From contig JAUXYP010000020.1 in assembly GCA_030694265.1 (NCBI GenBank), positions 36,862 through 100,861 on the forward strand: a stretch of 64,000 bases of DNA, written 5' to 3'. Position 1 is the first letter of the stretch, and each line of letters starts with the position of its first letter. Source of the DNA: Sulfuricurvum sp. (GTDB taxonomy: Bacteria; Campylobacterota; Campylobacteria; Campylobacterales; Sulfurimonadaceae). The notes below the pieces were generated by a model. The model was not told the DNA's origin. It did not search any database and saw only the letters and a program-made list of their open reading frames with translations. A program made the translations under genes and the position numbers. This document shows, one piece after another, positions 29,132-39,028 of the stretch.

Positions 29132-30358
29132 ATGCAACAATCCAATCGTCTTAGACCGTTTTTTGAAAACATTACCTTTGACCGAGTCGATAATGAGATG
29201 ATCCTGAACTTCGGTCCACAGCATCCATCGGCACACGGTCAGCTGCGTCTTATGCTTCATATGCAGCAAGAGCAAATCACTAAAGCTCATCCGGATATCG
29301 GATATCTTCACCGCGGTATGGAGAAGATGGCTGAAAATATGATTTACAATGAGTTCATGCCGACCACCGACCGTATGGACTATATTGCATCGAGTTCAAA
29401 CAATTACGGTTTTGCTCTTGCCGTGGAAAAATTGATCGGCCTTGATGTTCCACGTCGTGCGAAAGTCATCCGTATGCTTCTTTTGGAAGTAAACCGTTTG
29501 ATGTCTCACCTCTTTTGGTTGGCGACGACAGCATTGGATATCGGTGCGATGACGGTATTTTTGTATGCTTTCCGTGAGCGTGAATATTTGATGGACTTGG
29601 TCGAAGACTACTGCGGCGCACGTTTGACACATGCAGCTATCCGTATCGGTGGCGTTCCATTGGACTTGCCGGATAATTTCATGGCTGATTTGCGTAAATT
29701 TTTGGACAAATTGCCGGAAAATATCAAAGACTACGAAGACCTATTGGACAAAAACCGTGTTTGGTTGATGCGTATGGAAAATGTCGGTGTTATTTCTAAA
29801 GAGATGGCATTAAGCTGGGGTTGTTCAGGGGTCATGCTACGCGCATCCGGTGTTGAATGGGACATTCGTAAAGAAGAGCCATATGAACTGTACGATGAAG
29901 TAGAGTTCAATGTCCCTGTTTCGGATAAGGGTGACAACTATGCACGTTATAAGCTATATATGGCAGAGATGCGTGAATCCGCAAAAATCTTGTACCAAGT
30001 TGCAGATATGTATGAGGGAACATCGACTGAATTGATGGCGCATGCTCCACAATACATTTCAGCACCAAAACTGGATATTATGACGCAAAACTACGCGTTG
30101 ATGCAGCACTTTGTCCTTGTGACGCAAGGGATGCGTCCACCTGTGGGCGAAGTGTATATTCCGACGGAATCTCCTAAAGGAGAGCTTGGGTATTACATCA
30201 ATAGCCAAGGCGGACCGTACCCATACCGTCTAAAATTACGTGCGCCATCGTTCTGGCATACGGGTATTTTGACAGATTTGTTGCCTGGGCATTATATCCC
30301 AGACGTAGTATCCATCATCGGGACGACTAATATCGTCTTCGGTGAAGTAGACCGTTAG
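29132..30358 (+). CDS. nuoD: NADH-quinone oxidoreductase subunit D
   Basis: 408-aa ORF with [12 protein letters not shown] and GYLHRG.EK, and C-terminal GEVDR. Confidence 0.95.
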   Translation: MQQSNRLRPFFENITFDRVDNEMILNFGPQHPSAHGQLRLMLHMQQEQITKAHPDIGYLHRGMEKMAENMIYNEFMPTTDRMDYIASSSNNYGFALAVEKLIGLDVPRRAKVIRMLLLEVNRLMSHLFWLATTALDIGAMTVFLYAFREREYLMDLVEDYCGARLTHAAIRIGGVPLDLPDNFMADLRKFLDKLPENIKDYEDLLDKNRVWLMRMENVGVISKEMALSWGCSGVMLRASGVEWDIRKEEPYELYDEVEFNVPVSDKGDNYARYKLYMAEMRESAKILYQVADMYEGTSTELMAHAPQYISAPKLDIMTQNYALMQHFVLVTQGMRPPVGEVYIPTESPKGELGYYINSQGGPYPYRLKLRAPSFWHTGILTDLLPGHYIPDVVSIIGTTNIVFGEVDR

Positions 30359-30368
30359 AAGGACACTT

Positions 30369-30599
30369 ATGAAACGTTATGATTTACGTCACCTAAAGGG
30401 TGCTTTTTACGACCGCATGGGTGAAATTATGCAAGAAGAAACATCAACCAAAGAAGTGTTGATTTTTTTATTCGAAATTGGTGATTTTACACCAATTCAA
30501 CAGAGTGCTGATTTGGTTAAGGCCAAAGGATATGAGCTAATGAATTCGCTGAAATTTAATGAAGCCGACTGGACCATAGTGGTCAAACATAAGGAATAG
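30369..30599 (+). CDS. Small cysteine-free protein occupying the nuoE position
   Basis: 76-aa ORF with AAGGA RBS, tightly packed between nuoD and the next gene. It has no Cys, so it cannot be a NuoE 2Fe-2S protein. It is the positional equivalent of the small non-NuoE ORF in C. jejuni and H. pylori nuo operons. Confidence 0.6.
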   Translation: MKRYDLRHLKGAFYDRMGEIMQEETSTKEVLIFLFEIGDFTPIQQSADLVKAKGYELMNSLKFNEADWTIVVKHKE

Positions 30600-30601
30600 T
30601 C

Positions 30602-32638
30602 GTGAGCAAAGTCTATTTTTCCACATGGCGCGGGGAGCAGATCAATAACATCGGCAAACCCGAAGAGCAGTGGGAAGTATCTGCGTATAATTTGCCTGCA
30701 GATTATAATGAGCATGCCCATTCAAAAGCGTTTATCGGATGGGATGGTCTAGCACTGTTTAATCCCGATGTTGATGTGGTTCGTCTTGCTACGGAATACG
30801 CAGCACAGTATCAAGTCTATTCAGAAGCATGCGGGCGTTGCGCGCCAGGGCGATGGGGCGGACGTATTTTATACGATCTGTTAGATAAAATTGCTCGCGG
30901 TGAGGGTGCTATATCCGATATGGAACATCTAAAAGAAGTTTCAAAAACGATGCAGGAAACGTCAAAATGCGAAATTGGGAAAACTGTTCCCACTCCATTA
31001 CTTGATTTGATGCACCATTTTGAAGCAGAATTTATGGCGTGCATCAATGAGCAAAAAGCGTCAAAGCACTATCATATGCAAGATACCAACTATATTGCAA
31101 AGATTACGGCTCCATGTATGGATGCGTGTCCTGCACATGTCGATATTCCGGCGTATATTGAAGGTGTTCGTGATTTACGTTTTGATGATTCGTTAATGGC
31201 TACACGTCAAACGATGCCATTAGCGCATACCTGTGGGCGTGTTTGTCCTCATCCATGTGAGACAGAGTGCCGTCGTACCAATCTTGATGAGCCAATTTCA
31301 ATCATGGAGCTTAAGCGTTTGGGCGCCGATTACGAAACCGATCATGGGTTTGGATTTTTTCATCCAACTGAGCAAAAACCGTTAAATGGTAAAAAAGTGG
31401 CGGTCATCGGTTCTGGTCCTGCAGGATTAACAGGTGCCTATTACCTTGCACTTGATGGCGTTGAAGTTGACGTTTATGAAGAACTTCCGGTTCTTGGCGG
31501 TGAAGTTGCTGTTGGTGTACCTGAATACCGTATGCCGATTGATCGATACAATCAAGACATTGAAGCGGTACGTGATTTAGGGGTTAAATTTATAACTAAC
31601 ACACGTGTTAGTGCAGATATGATGCGTCAATTTGAAACCGATTACGATGCGATTTTGGTAGCAACCGGAACCCGTATTTCTAAAAAAGTGTATTGTGAAA
31701 ATGAACGTGCAGACATCCAAGGATATTGGGGTGCGATTGATTTTCTGGATAAAGTCAACTTGGAAGTTAAATATGGCATTATGGTCCCAGAAGCGGATCA
31801 GAAGCAGCACATGCTGGATAAAGACTATGTTGATTTAACAGGCAAAACCGTTGTGTGTGTCGGTGGTGGATTTACCTCTATGGACGTTGTGCGCTGTTCG
31901 ATTCGTGCGAATGCTAAAAAGGTAGTGATGATCTATCGCCGTGATGAAAAAACGATTATCAATAACACGACCTATGAAGAGTATCACGAAGCAGTAGAAG
32001 AGGGTGTAGAATTTATTTTCCACTCTGCTGTTGCAGAAATGCGTGATGAAAATAACGTATTAAAATCGTTATTGATTGATATGTTTGAACTGGTTCCTGA
32101 TCCTAATGGAGGACGTCCGACATTGGAAAAAATAGAGGGTGCATCATTTGAAATGGAGTGCGATTATCTGATCCCTGCGGTATCCCAAAGCGCTGATCTT
32201 AAATTGATTCCTGAAGAGTGGGAAATTGAACGTACCTCATGGGGGACGATCAAAACAAACGGTAAGGACTACATGACATCACGCAAAGGTATTTTTGCGG
32301 CAGGTGACTGTGAATACGGACCAATGACGATTGTTAATGCTGTTGGTCAAGCAAAGCGTGCTTCATCGGTTATGTCTCGTTATGTGAATGACGGCCAAAT
32401 CACCTTGCTTGATGATGAGATTATGGAAGATCACTTACGTAAGCTCAAAGTTTATGACAAGAAAGAAAAAGTAACCGGTTGGCTGCCGGGTCTTCCACGA
32501 GAACACAGTGAAGTTCTCACAGTTGATGAGCGTAAATATAATAATAAAGAAGTGAAATACGGCTTTACACAAGAGCAGGCAATTTCTGAAGCAGAGCGCT
32601 GTATGCGTTGTTATTATATCGCGATGGTCGCACATTAA
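30602..32638 (+). CDS. Fusion protein: NuoF-type 4Fe-4S domain plus GltD/NfnB/SfrB-like FAD- and NADPH-binding oxidoreductase
   Basis: The N-terminus has EACGRCAPGRWG...SKCEIGKT...FEAEF (NuoF C-terminal domain pattern). It is followed by a Cys-rich region (CMDACPAHVDIP, CGRVCPHPCETEC), a dinucleotide fold (VAVIGSGPAGLTGAYYL) and a second fold (VCVGGGFTSMD ... IYRR). GTG start with AAGGAA RBS. Confidence 0.85.
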   Translation: MSKVYFSTWRGEQINNIGKPEEQWEVSAYNLPADYNEHAHSKAFIGWDGLALFNPDVDVVRLATEYAAQYQVYSEACGRCAPGRWGGRILYDLLDKIARGEGAISDMEHLKEVSKTMQETSKCEIGKTVPTPLLDLMHHFEAEFMACINEQKASKHYHMQDTNYIAKITAPCMDACPAHVDIPAYIEGVRDLRFDDSLMATRQTMPLAHTCGRVCPHPCETECRRTNLDEPISIMELKRLGADYETDHGFGFFHPTEQKPLNGKKVAVIGSGPAGLTGAYYLALDGVEVDVYEELPVLGGEVAVGVPEYRMPIDRYNQDIEAVRDLGVKFITNTRVSADMMRQFETDYDAILVATGTRISKKVYCENERADIQGYWGAIDFLDKVNLEVKYGIMVPEADQKQHMLDKDYVDLTGKTVVCVGGGFTSMDVVRCSIRANAKKVVMIYRRDEKTIINNTTYEEYHEAVEEGVEFIFHSAVAEMRDENNVLKSLLIDMFELVPDPNGGRPTLEKIEGASFEMECDYLIPAVSQSADLKLIPEEWEIERTSWGTIKTNGKDYMTSRKGIFAAGDCEYGPMTIVNAVGQAKRASSVMSRYVNDGQITLLDDEIMEDHLRKLKVYDKKEKVTGWLPGLPREHSEVLTVDERKYNNKEVKYGFTQEQAISEAERCMRCYYIAMVAH

Positions 32639-32648
32639 AGGGGGATGG

Positions 32649-34898
32649 ATGATTAATTTTACAATAAACAACCAACCCGTAACTGCCGCCAAAGGGGAAA
32701 CCATTCTTCAAGCAGCACGAAAGGCGGGGTTTTATATTCCAACCATGTGTTATTTGGAAAAAACAATGCCATGTGCATCCTGCCGTTTGTGTGTGGTGGA
32801 GGTAAATACCACTGATGGTTTGATCTTGAGCTGTCAAACACCTCCGACGCAAGGGCTTGAAGTGACCCTTGAATCAGAGCGTTTACAACTGGAACGCACC
32901 AATATTATGCGTATGTACGATGTCAATCATCCGTTAGAATGCGGTGTTTGCGATAAGTCCGGGGCGTGTGATCTTCAAAACAAGACATTAGAATTTAATA
33001 TTGACTCTCAACACTTTACGGCCAAAGAACAGCCTCGTAAAATTGAACATTGGGGATTGATTAACTACGATCCGTCATTATGTATTTTATGTGAGAAGTG
33101 TGTCCATGTCTGTAATGAGATTATCGGGGACGATGCTATCACCTTGCAATTTGGGGGATACAAATCGGCGGTTATTCCTAAAAACAGTGAGAAACTCGAT
33201 TGTACGTTCTGTGGTGAGTGTATTGCTGTTTGTCCTGTCGGTGCCTTGGTGAGTTCTGATTTTCAGTACAAAGCAAACTCGTGGGAACTCTCACCCGTTC
33301 CTGCAACATGTGCTCACTGTTCGGCAGGTTGCTCATTGACGTATGAAGTAAAACATACGTCGATTGCTACGGGGGATGCAGAGCGTATCTATCGTGTGAC
33401 GAACAATTTTGAATACGCGACGCTTTGCGGTGCCGGACGCTTTGGATTCGATTACGATGTGCAAGCACAAAAAGATACCGCATTATTTGATAAAGCAGTA
33501 TCCGCACTTCGAAACGCAAAAGCGATTCGCTTCAGCTCCATGATCACGAATGAAGAAGCACTTATCTTACAGCGATTAAAAGAGACATTGGGATTGAAGC
33601 TTTTCAATGAAGAAGCAAGAGCGTATCAATCTTTCATGCAAGCGTATGGATCTATAAGCGGAAAAGCTACGTTTGGCGGTACTTTGGATGCGATTGCTCA
33701 AAGTGATGCGATTATTATACTGGGCGGACGTATTACGACGGATAACCCAGGAGTTCGTTACGCGATGACCACTGCTGCACGTCATAATGGAGCCAAAATC
33801 ATCTATATGCATCCACTTGAGGATGCTTTGATGCAAAATACGGTGACACAGTTTGTGAAATATGAAGCAGGATCAGAAGAGGGAGTGATGGCAATGTTGG
33901 CCAAAACTCTCTTGGCAGATGCCGATTTAAGTGACGAATTTAGAGCTTTTTTCAATGAGTTGGATGAAGGTTACTTGTGCGCAGAAAGCAATGTTGGCGA
34001 TGAAGAGTTTGCGCGTATTGAAAAATCACTGCGCCGTGCAAAACGTAAAATATTGGTGATTGGTTCGGATGTATTGAATCATGATTGTGCGCAAAATATT
34101 GCACGTTTGGCTGCATTGGTTGAGACTTATACCGATTTTTCTTTGGTGGTTATTCCTCAAAATGTTAACACGGTAGGAGTCTCGCTTGTTTGTGATTTGG
34201 ATTGTGATGAGAATATTGCAGGTGTAGTCGGCTATAACGCACGCGGCGACTTTGTTATGGGATCATTCGTGGAAAGTGATCTTGTGCTCCCTGCGTTGAA
34301 CAGCCAAGAAGGGACATTCGTAAGTATGAACTATCAGCTTTTACCTACGAACGTTGCGATTAGATTTGAGGGATACTGCTTGAACGATCTTGCTAATGCA
34401 GTTGGCTTACGTATGGCCAATACGATTGATTACACGGCGCAGTTGCCAATGGCAAAAGGATTTAATGGGACAGCCTTTGATCATCTTGGAAATTTTTACG
34501 GATCATTGGGTGAGGATAACCGAGGGTATCAGCTCGAAGTCAGCGATGTAGAAGTCAACGGTACGGTGGCTAGTGTGAATGCTTTGCCGGAATTTAACGG
34601 CACTGTTATTTATCGCTGCAATCCCGTCAATCAATTCAATAGTTATACGGCACGTACAACGCAGCTAGAACGTGACAGTGCGCTTCATGGCTCAGCGCAA
34701 TTTGCTGCTGCTGCCCGTATTAGTGACGGTGACACAGTGGAAATTCAATCAAACGGATCTGTTGAGGTGCGAACATTTTTCCTTGATAGTAATCTTAAAG
34801 GAACGATCGCATTATCTCCGACATTTGACACGGAATTTGGAGTTATGAATGAAAGTTACCGCTTTGAGAAAATTAAAATTATGAGGGTGGGTAGTTGA
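32649..34898 (+). CDS. NuoG-like Fe-S subunit, extra copy (749 aa)
   Basis: 2Fe-2S motif C-x10-C-x2-C-x13-C, HPLECGVCDKSGAC, CILCEKCVHVC, CTFCGECIAVCP and CAHCSAGC, followed by a molybdopterin-oxidoreductase-like domain. Confidence 0.85.
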   Translation: MINFTINNQPVTAAKGETILQAARKAGFYIPTMCYLEKTMPCASCRLCVVEVNTTDGLILSCQTPPTQGLEVTLESERLQLERTNIMRMYDVNHPLECGVCDKSGACDLQNKTLEFNIDSQHFTAKEQPRKIEHWGLINYDPSLCILCEKCVHVCNEIIGDDAITLQFGGYKSAVIPKNSEKLDCTFCGECIAVCPVGALVSSDFQYKANSWELSPVPATCAHCSAGCSLTYEVKHTSIATGDAERIYRVTNNFEYATLCGAGRFGFDYDVQAQKDTALFDKAVSALRNAKAIRFSSMITNEEALILQRLKETLGLKLFNEEARAYQSFMQAYGSISGKATFGGTLDAIAQSDAIIILGGRITTDNPGVRYAMTTAARHNGAKIIYMHPLEDALMQNTVTQFVKYEAGSEEGVMAMLAKTLLADADLSDEFRAFFNELDEGYLCAESNVGDEEFARIEKSLRRAKRKILVIGSDVLNHDCAQNIARLAALVETYTDFSLVVIPQNVNTVGVSLVCDLDCDENIAGVVGYNARGDFVMGSFVESDLVLPALNSQEGTFVSMNYQLLPTNVAIRFEGYCLNDLANAVGLRMANTIDYTAQLPMAKGFNGTAFDHLGNFYGSLGEDNRGYQLEVSDVEVNGTVASVNALPEFNGTVIYRCNPVNQFNSYTARTTQLERDSALHGSAQFAAAARISDGDTVEIQSNGSVEVRTFFLDSNLKGTIALSPTFDTEFGVMNESYRFEKIKIMRVGS

Positions 34899-34901
34899 AT
34901 C

Positions 34902-37388
34902 ATGAATGAAATAACGATAACCATAGACGGGAAATCGGTTCAAACGCAAGAGGGTGAATTTATCCTCAATGCGGCACGTGCCAACGGAGTTTTTATCCCT
35001 GCTATTTGTTATTTGACACGCTGTTCACCAACGCTTGCATGTCGCATATGTTTGGTTGAAGCAGATGGAAAACAAGTCTATGCGTGTAATGCAAAAGCAA
35101 AAGAGGGGATGAGTGTCATTACAAGCACATCAACCATCGAAGATGAGAAACGTGCAATTATGGAAGTTTATGACGTAAACCATCCATTAGAATGCGGTGT
35201 TTGTGATCAATCCGGAGAGTGTGAGCTTCAAAACTATACGTTAGAGTTAGCTGTTGATTCACAAACGTATTCTATTCCTGATACCTTCAAGCCGGTGCAA
35301 GACTGGGGATTGATTCATTATGATCCTGCACTGTGCATTATGTGTGAGCGATGTATTACGGTCTGTAAAGACATGATTGGTGATGGTGCCCTTTCAACGG
35401 TAGCACGTGGGGGAGAGAACATAGACGCTGCCTTCAAAGAGTCGATGCCAAAAGATGCGTACGCTATGTGGAATAAGCTTAATAAATCGTTGATTGCACC
35501 CAATGCGGGAGATACCCTTGATTGTACCAACTGTGGTGAGTGTACTTCTGTTTGTCCGGTAGGTGCATTGGTAGGTACGGATTATCAATACAGTGCAAAT
35601 GCTTGGGAACATCAGCAAATACCAGCTACCTGTGCTCATTGTAGTGCAGGGTGCCAAATCAGCTACGATATTAAACATACCAGCATTGCAGATCCAGACG
35701 ATAAAATCTATCGTGTTAAAAATGAGTGGAATTACGTATCATTATGCGGTTCTGGACGTTACGGCTATGATTTCCAAAACACCAATGTTACAAAAGATGC
35801 TGCTAAATTTGATGCGGCAATTGCTGCATTTAAAAAAGCGGATACGATCAGCTTTACTTCAACGATCACAAATGAAGAGGCAATGATTCTACAACGTCTC
35901 AAAGAAAAGTTCGGTTATCGTTTGATCAATGAAGAAGCAAGAGCCTTTAAATCCTTTTTGGGTTCTTACAGCGCAGTGAGCGGTCAATCTCTCTATAGTG
36001 GAAACTTGAAAGAAGTGCACGAAAGCGATTTCGTCGTCTCTATCGGGAGTGCATTGAAAACGGATAACCCGAATGCCCGTTTTGCGATGAATAATGCCAT
36101 TTCGATGAACAAAGGGGCAGGACTTTACTTTCACCCGATTAATGATCCTGTTATCAATGATATGTCCAAAAACGTGACGCAGTTCAATCATGCGGCAATG
36201 ATGGAAGAAGCGGCATTGTATTTAATGCTCGATTTGTTTGGTGATAAAACTGCAATGCCATCAGAAATTGTAAGTTATCTAGCAACCTTCCATTCGACAA
36301 AGACAGTTACAATTGAAGAAACTATTGATGAAAAAGTAACTGAAACGGTTATGAAAAAAGTTCTTAACGAAGAAACAGGCGTTGAAGAAGAAGTGAGTGA
36401 AGAAGTAACAAAGACGGTCAAGAAAAAAGTATCCAAAGAAGTAGAAGTGGACGATAATCGCCTTTACGATCTTTTAAATGCACCGGCAAGTTTTGCAGAT
36501 ACATTGACCAAATATTTAGCCAAAAAAGAGAAATTTGCATTGATGGTCGGACCTGACTTGTACAGCCACCCTAATTCCGTCAATTGTGCTCGTTTGGTCG
36601 CGTTAATTGAAAAATACACAGCCTTCAATGTAACCATGATTCCCAACCTTTCCAACACATTGGGAACAGCATTGATCTGTGACCTAGATACCAGTGCTGG
36701 AAGCTACACAATTGGATATAATACAGCAGGAAATTTCACATTGAGTGCCCTTGGAAACGGTGATTTGGACATGCCTGCTATTAATCAACAAGAGGGGACA
36801 TTGACGAGTATTGATAAGCGAGTCAATCCAACCAATGTAGCGGTAGGCTTTGGCGGTTATACGCTTAACGATATCGCCAATGCACTTGGATTTAATGAAG
36901 CGTTGACGGTGAATTACACAAAACAGCTTCCGGTGAATGCTGGATTTCAAGCCGTAGAGTTTGACACATTACCAAATTACTATACGAATGCAGGTGAAGA
37001 GGTACGTGGATACGTGCTAACCTCTATATCTGTTACCGTCAATGGGGATAAAAGTGTCACAGCGTTTCATGAATCGGCGGCAATGGGGAACGGGATTGTT
37101 TATTTAGCCAATCCGGTATTGCAGTTTACGCCGTTTACAGCCAAAGCGCATCAGCTTAAAGAGACAGGCGGGCTTTACGCATCGGCTGCCTTTATGAGTG
37201 CCAATGGAATAAATGAAGGGGATCGTGTCCGCGTCAAAACGGCACAAGGTGAAATCGTAGTCAACGTAATAGCTGATGGAAAAATTGATGGTGAGATTCC
37301 ATATCTCCCAACATTTGACACACAAATTAATTCTGGTGCATTGTTTGACGGTTACCGTTTTGCAACTGTATCAATTCAAAAGGTGTAA
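34902..37388 (+). CDS. nuoG: NADH-quinone oxidoreductase subunit G (828 aa)
   Basis: It has the same full set of Fe-S motifs as the preceding gene (HPLECGVCDQSGEC, CIMCERCITVC, CTNCGECTSVCP, CAHCSAGC). Its size is like the Campylobacter and Helicobacter NuoG, and nuoH follows directly. Confidence 0.9.
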   Translation: MNEITITIDGKSVQTQEGEFILNAARANGVFIPAICYLTRCSPTLACRICLVEADGKQVYACNAKAKEGMSVITSTSTIEDEKRAIMEVYDVNHPLECGVCDQSGECELQNYTLELAVDSQTYSIPDTFKPVQDWGLIHYDPALCIMCERCITVCKDMIGDGALSTVARGGENIDAAFKESMPKDAYAMWNKLNKSLIAPNAGDTLDCTNCGECTSVCPVGALVGTDYQYSANAWEHQQIPATCAHCSAGCQISYDIKHTSIADPDDKIYRVKNEWNYVSLCGSGRYGYDFQNTNVTKDAAKFDAAIAAFKKADTISFTSTITNEEAMILQRLKEKFGYRLINEEARAFKSFLGSYSAVSGQSLYSGNLKEVHESDFVVSIGSALKTDNPNARFAMNNAISMNKGAGLYFHPINDPVINDMSKNVTQFNHAAMMEEAALYLMLDLFGDKTAMPSEIVSYLATFHSTKTVTIEETIDEKVTETVMKKVLNEETGVEEEVSEEVTKTVKKKVSKEVEVDDNRLYDLLNAPASFADTLTKYLAKKEKFALMVGPDLYSHPNSVNCARLVALIEKYTAFNVTMIPNLSNTLGTALICDLDTSAGSYTIGYNTAGNFTLSALGNGDLDMPAINQQEGTLTSIDKRVNPTNVAVGFGGYTLNDIANALGFNEALTVNYTKQLPVNAGFQAVEFDTLPNYYTNAGEEVRGYVLTSISVTVNGDKSVTAFHESAAMGNGIVYLANPVLQFTPFTAKAHQLKETGGLYASAAFMSANGINEGDRVRVKTAQGEIVVNVIADGKIDGEIPYLPTFDTQINSGALFDGYRFATVSIQKV

Positions 37389-37390
37389 GC

Positions 37391-38398
37391 ATGGATGTAG
37401 CATTTATCATCGAGACAATTGTTAAAATTGTTGTGATCTTATTGGTTTTCTCAGCTCTTGCGGGTTTTGGGACCTACTTTGAGCGTAAGGTTCTTGCATT
37501 TATGCAGCGTCGTTTGGGACCAATGCACGTCGGTCCGTATGGATTGCTTCAAGTGGCTGCAGACGGAATTAAACTCTTTACAAAAGAGGACATTATTCCA
37601 CAAAATGTTGTCAAGCCAATCTTTAAATTAGCACCGGTAATAACAGCTGCAACCGCATTTATGGCAGCAGCTGCGATTCCATTTTGGCCTGAGTTTACCG
37701 TTTTTGGATACACCGTTCATCCTATCGTATCGGATATTAATGTTGGTATTTTGTACGTAATGGCGGTCATGGCAATTGGTCTTTATGGACCACTTCTTGG
37801 CGGTATGGCATCTGCGAATAAGTTTTCGTTAATTTCTGCGGCGCGTAGTGCTGCGGTATTTATTTCATACGAAGTTATTACAGGACTTGCGTTATTGGCA
37901 CCTTTGATGATGGTGGGTTCATTGTCCTTAATTGATATCAATAATTATCAATCAGCCGGGATTACCCATTGGATTGCTTGGTCACAGCCGGTTGCTTTCA
38001 TCTTGTTTTGGATTGCTGCTTTTGCGGAGACAGGGCGTACACCGTTTCATCTTGTTGCGAATGATCATGAAATTATCGACGGGTTTGGTACAGAGTACTC
38101 AGGAATGAGATGGGGTCTCTTCTTTATCGGTGAGTATGCCAACATGTTCTTTATTTCGTTTGTTATGGCAATCATCTTTTTGGGTGGATACGGTGATGGT
38201 TCGATTGCCGGAGCATTTCAGTTATTGATGAAAGTAGCGTTCTTTTTCTTCTTTTTCTTATGGACAAGAGCGGCATGGCCGGATATTCGACCTGATCAGT
38301 TGATGTGGTTGTGCTGGAAAGTGTTGATGCCAATTGCAGTGCTCAATGTTGTTATAACAGGTGCTGTGATTTTGTTTAAACTAAAAGGGGGCATGTGA
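37391..38398 (+). CDS. nuoH: NADH-quinone oxidoreductase subunit H
   Basis: 335-aa polytopic protein with [14 protein letters not shown] and [11 protein letters not shown] motifs. Confidence 0.95.
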   Translation: MDVAFIIETIVKIVVILLVFSALAGFGTYFERKVLAFMQRRLGPMHVGPYGLLQVAADGIKLFTKEDIIPQNVVKPIFKLAPVITAATAFMAAAAIPFWPEFTVFGYTVHPIVSDINVGILYVMAVMAIGLYGPLLGGMASANKFSLISAARSAAVFISYEVITGLALLAPLMMVGSLSLIDINNYQSAGITHWIAWSQPVAFILFWIAAFAETGRTPFHLVANDHEIIDGFGTEYSGMRWGLFFIGEYANMFFISFVMAIIFLGGYGDGSIAGAFQLLMKVAFFFFFFLWTRAAWPDIRPDQLMWLCWKVLMPIAVLNVVITGAVILFKLKGGM

Positions 38399-39018
38399 TG
38401 CACGTAGAACCGTTTACAGATCGTAACGTGAGTGAGCATAGCGCTTATTACTATGTCGATATCGAAAACTATCCGGTTACCGGATGGGATAAGTTCAAAC
38501 AAGTGGTAAAGCGCTCTCTTAAAGGTGAACTCTTTGTGGGCTTGTGGGTTGTCATGCGTGAGATGATCAAATTTGACATTCATACTGTGAAATATCCGCT
38601 TGAAAAGCTTCCGATCGGTCCGCGTTATCGTGCCGTTCACAAGCTGTTACGTTTATGGGAATCAGGCTTTGAGCGTTGTATCGGATGCGGCTTGTGTGAG
38701 AAGATTTGTATCTCTGATTGTATTCGTATGGATACACGTATTGATGAGAATAGCCGTAAAGAAGTAACGGAGTACAGCATTAATCTTGGACGCTGTATTT
38801 TTTGCGGATACTGTGCTGAAGTATGTCCGGAACTGGCGATTGTTCATGGCGGTCGTTATGAGAATGCGTCTGAGCAACGTGCACACTTTGTTATCAAGGA
38901 TGACATGCTCACACCACTTGATTTCTTAACAGCAGGACAGCAAGAAGAGTATCCTGGTTTTGGTGCAATTACCCCACATGAGGACGAGCGTGTTAGTAAA
39001 ACACCGCTCGCCTATTAA
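38398..39018 (+). CDS. nuoI: NADH-quinone oxidoreductase subunit I
   Basis: Two ferredoxin-type motifs, [11 protein letters not shown] and [12 protein letters not shown]. The ATG overlaps the nuoH TGA (TGATG). A GTG at 38395 is an alternative start. Confidence 0.9.
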   Translation: MHVEPFTDRNVSEHSAYYYVDIENYPVTGWDKFKQVVKRSLKGELFVGLWVVMREMIKFDIHTVKYPLEKLPIGPRYRAVHKLLRLWESGFERCIGCGLCEKICISDCIRMDTRIDENSRKEVTEYSINLGRCIFCGYCAEVCPELAIVHGGRYENASEQRAHFVIKDDMLTPLDFLTAGQQEEYPGFGAITPHEDERVSKTPLAY

Positions 39019-39028
39019 GGAGATATGA

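Noticed and set aside
32649-37388. nuoG duplication as an assembly artefact or recent tandem duplication
   Set aside because: The two copies differ in length and are diverged throughout at the nucleotide and protein level. Only short identical runs occur around the Fe-S motifs.
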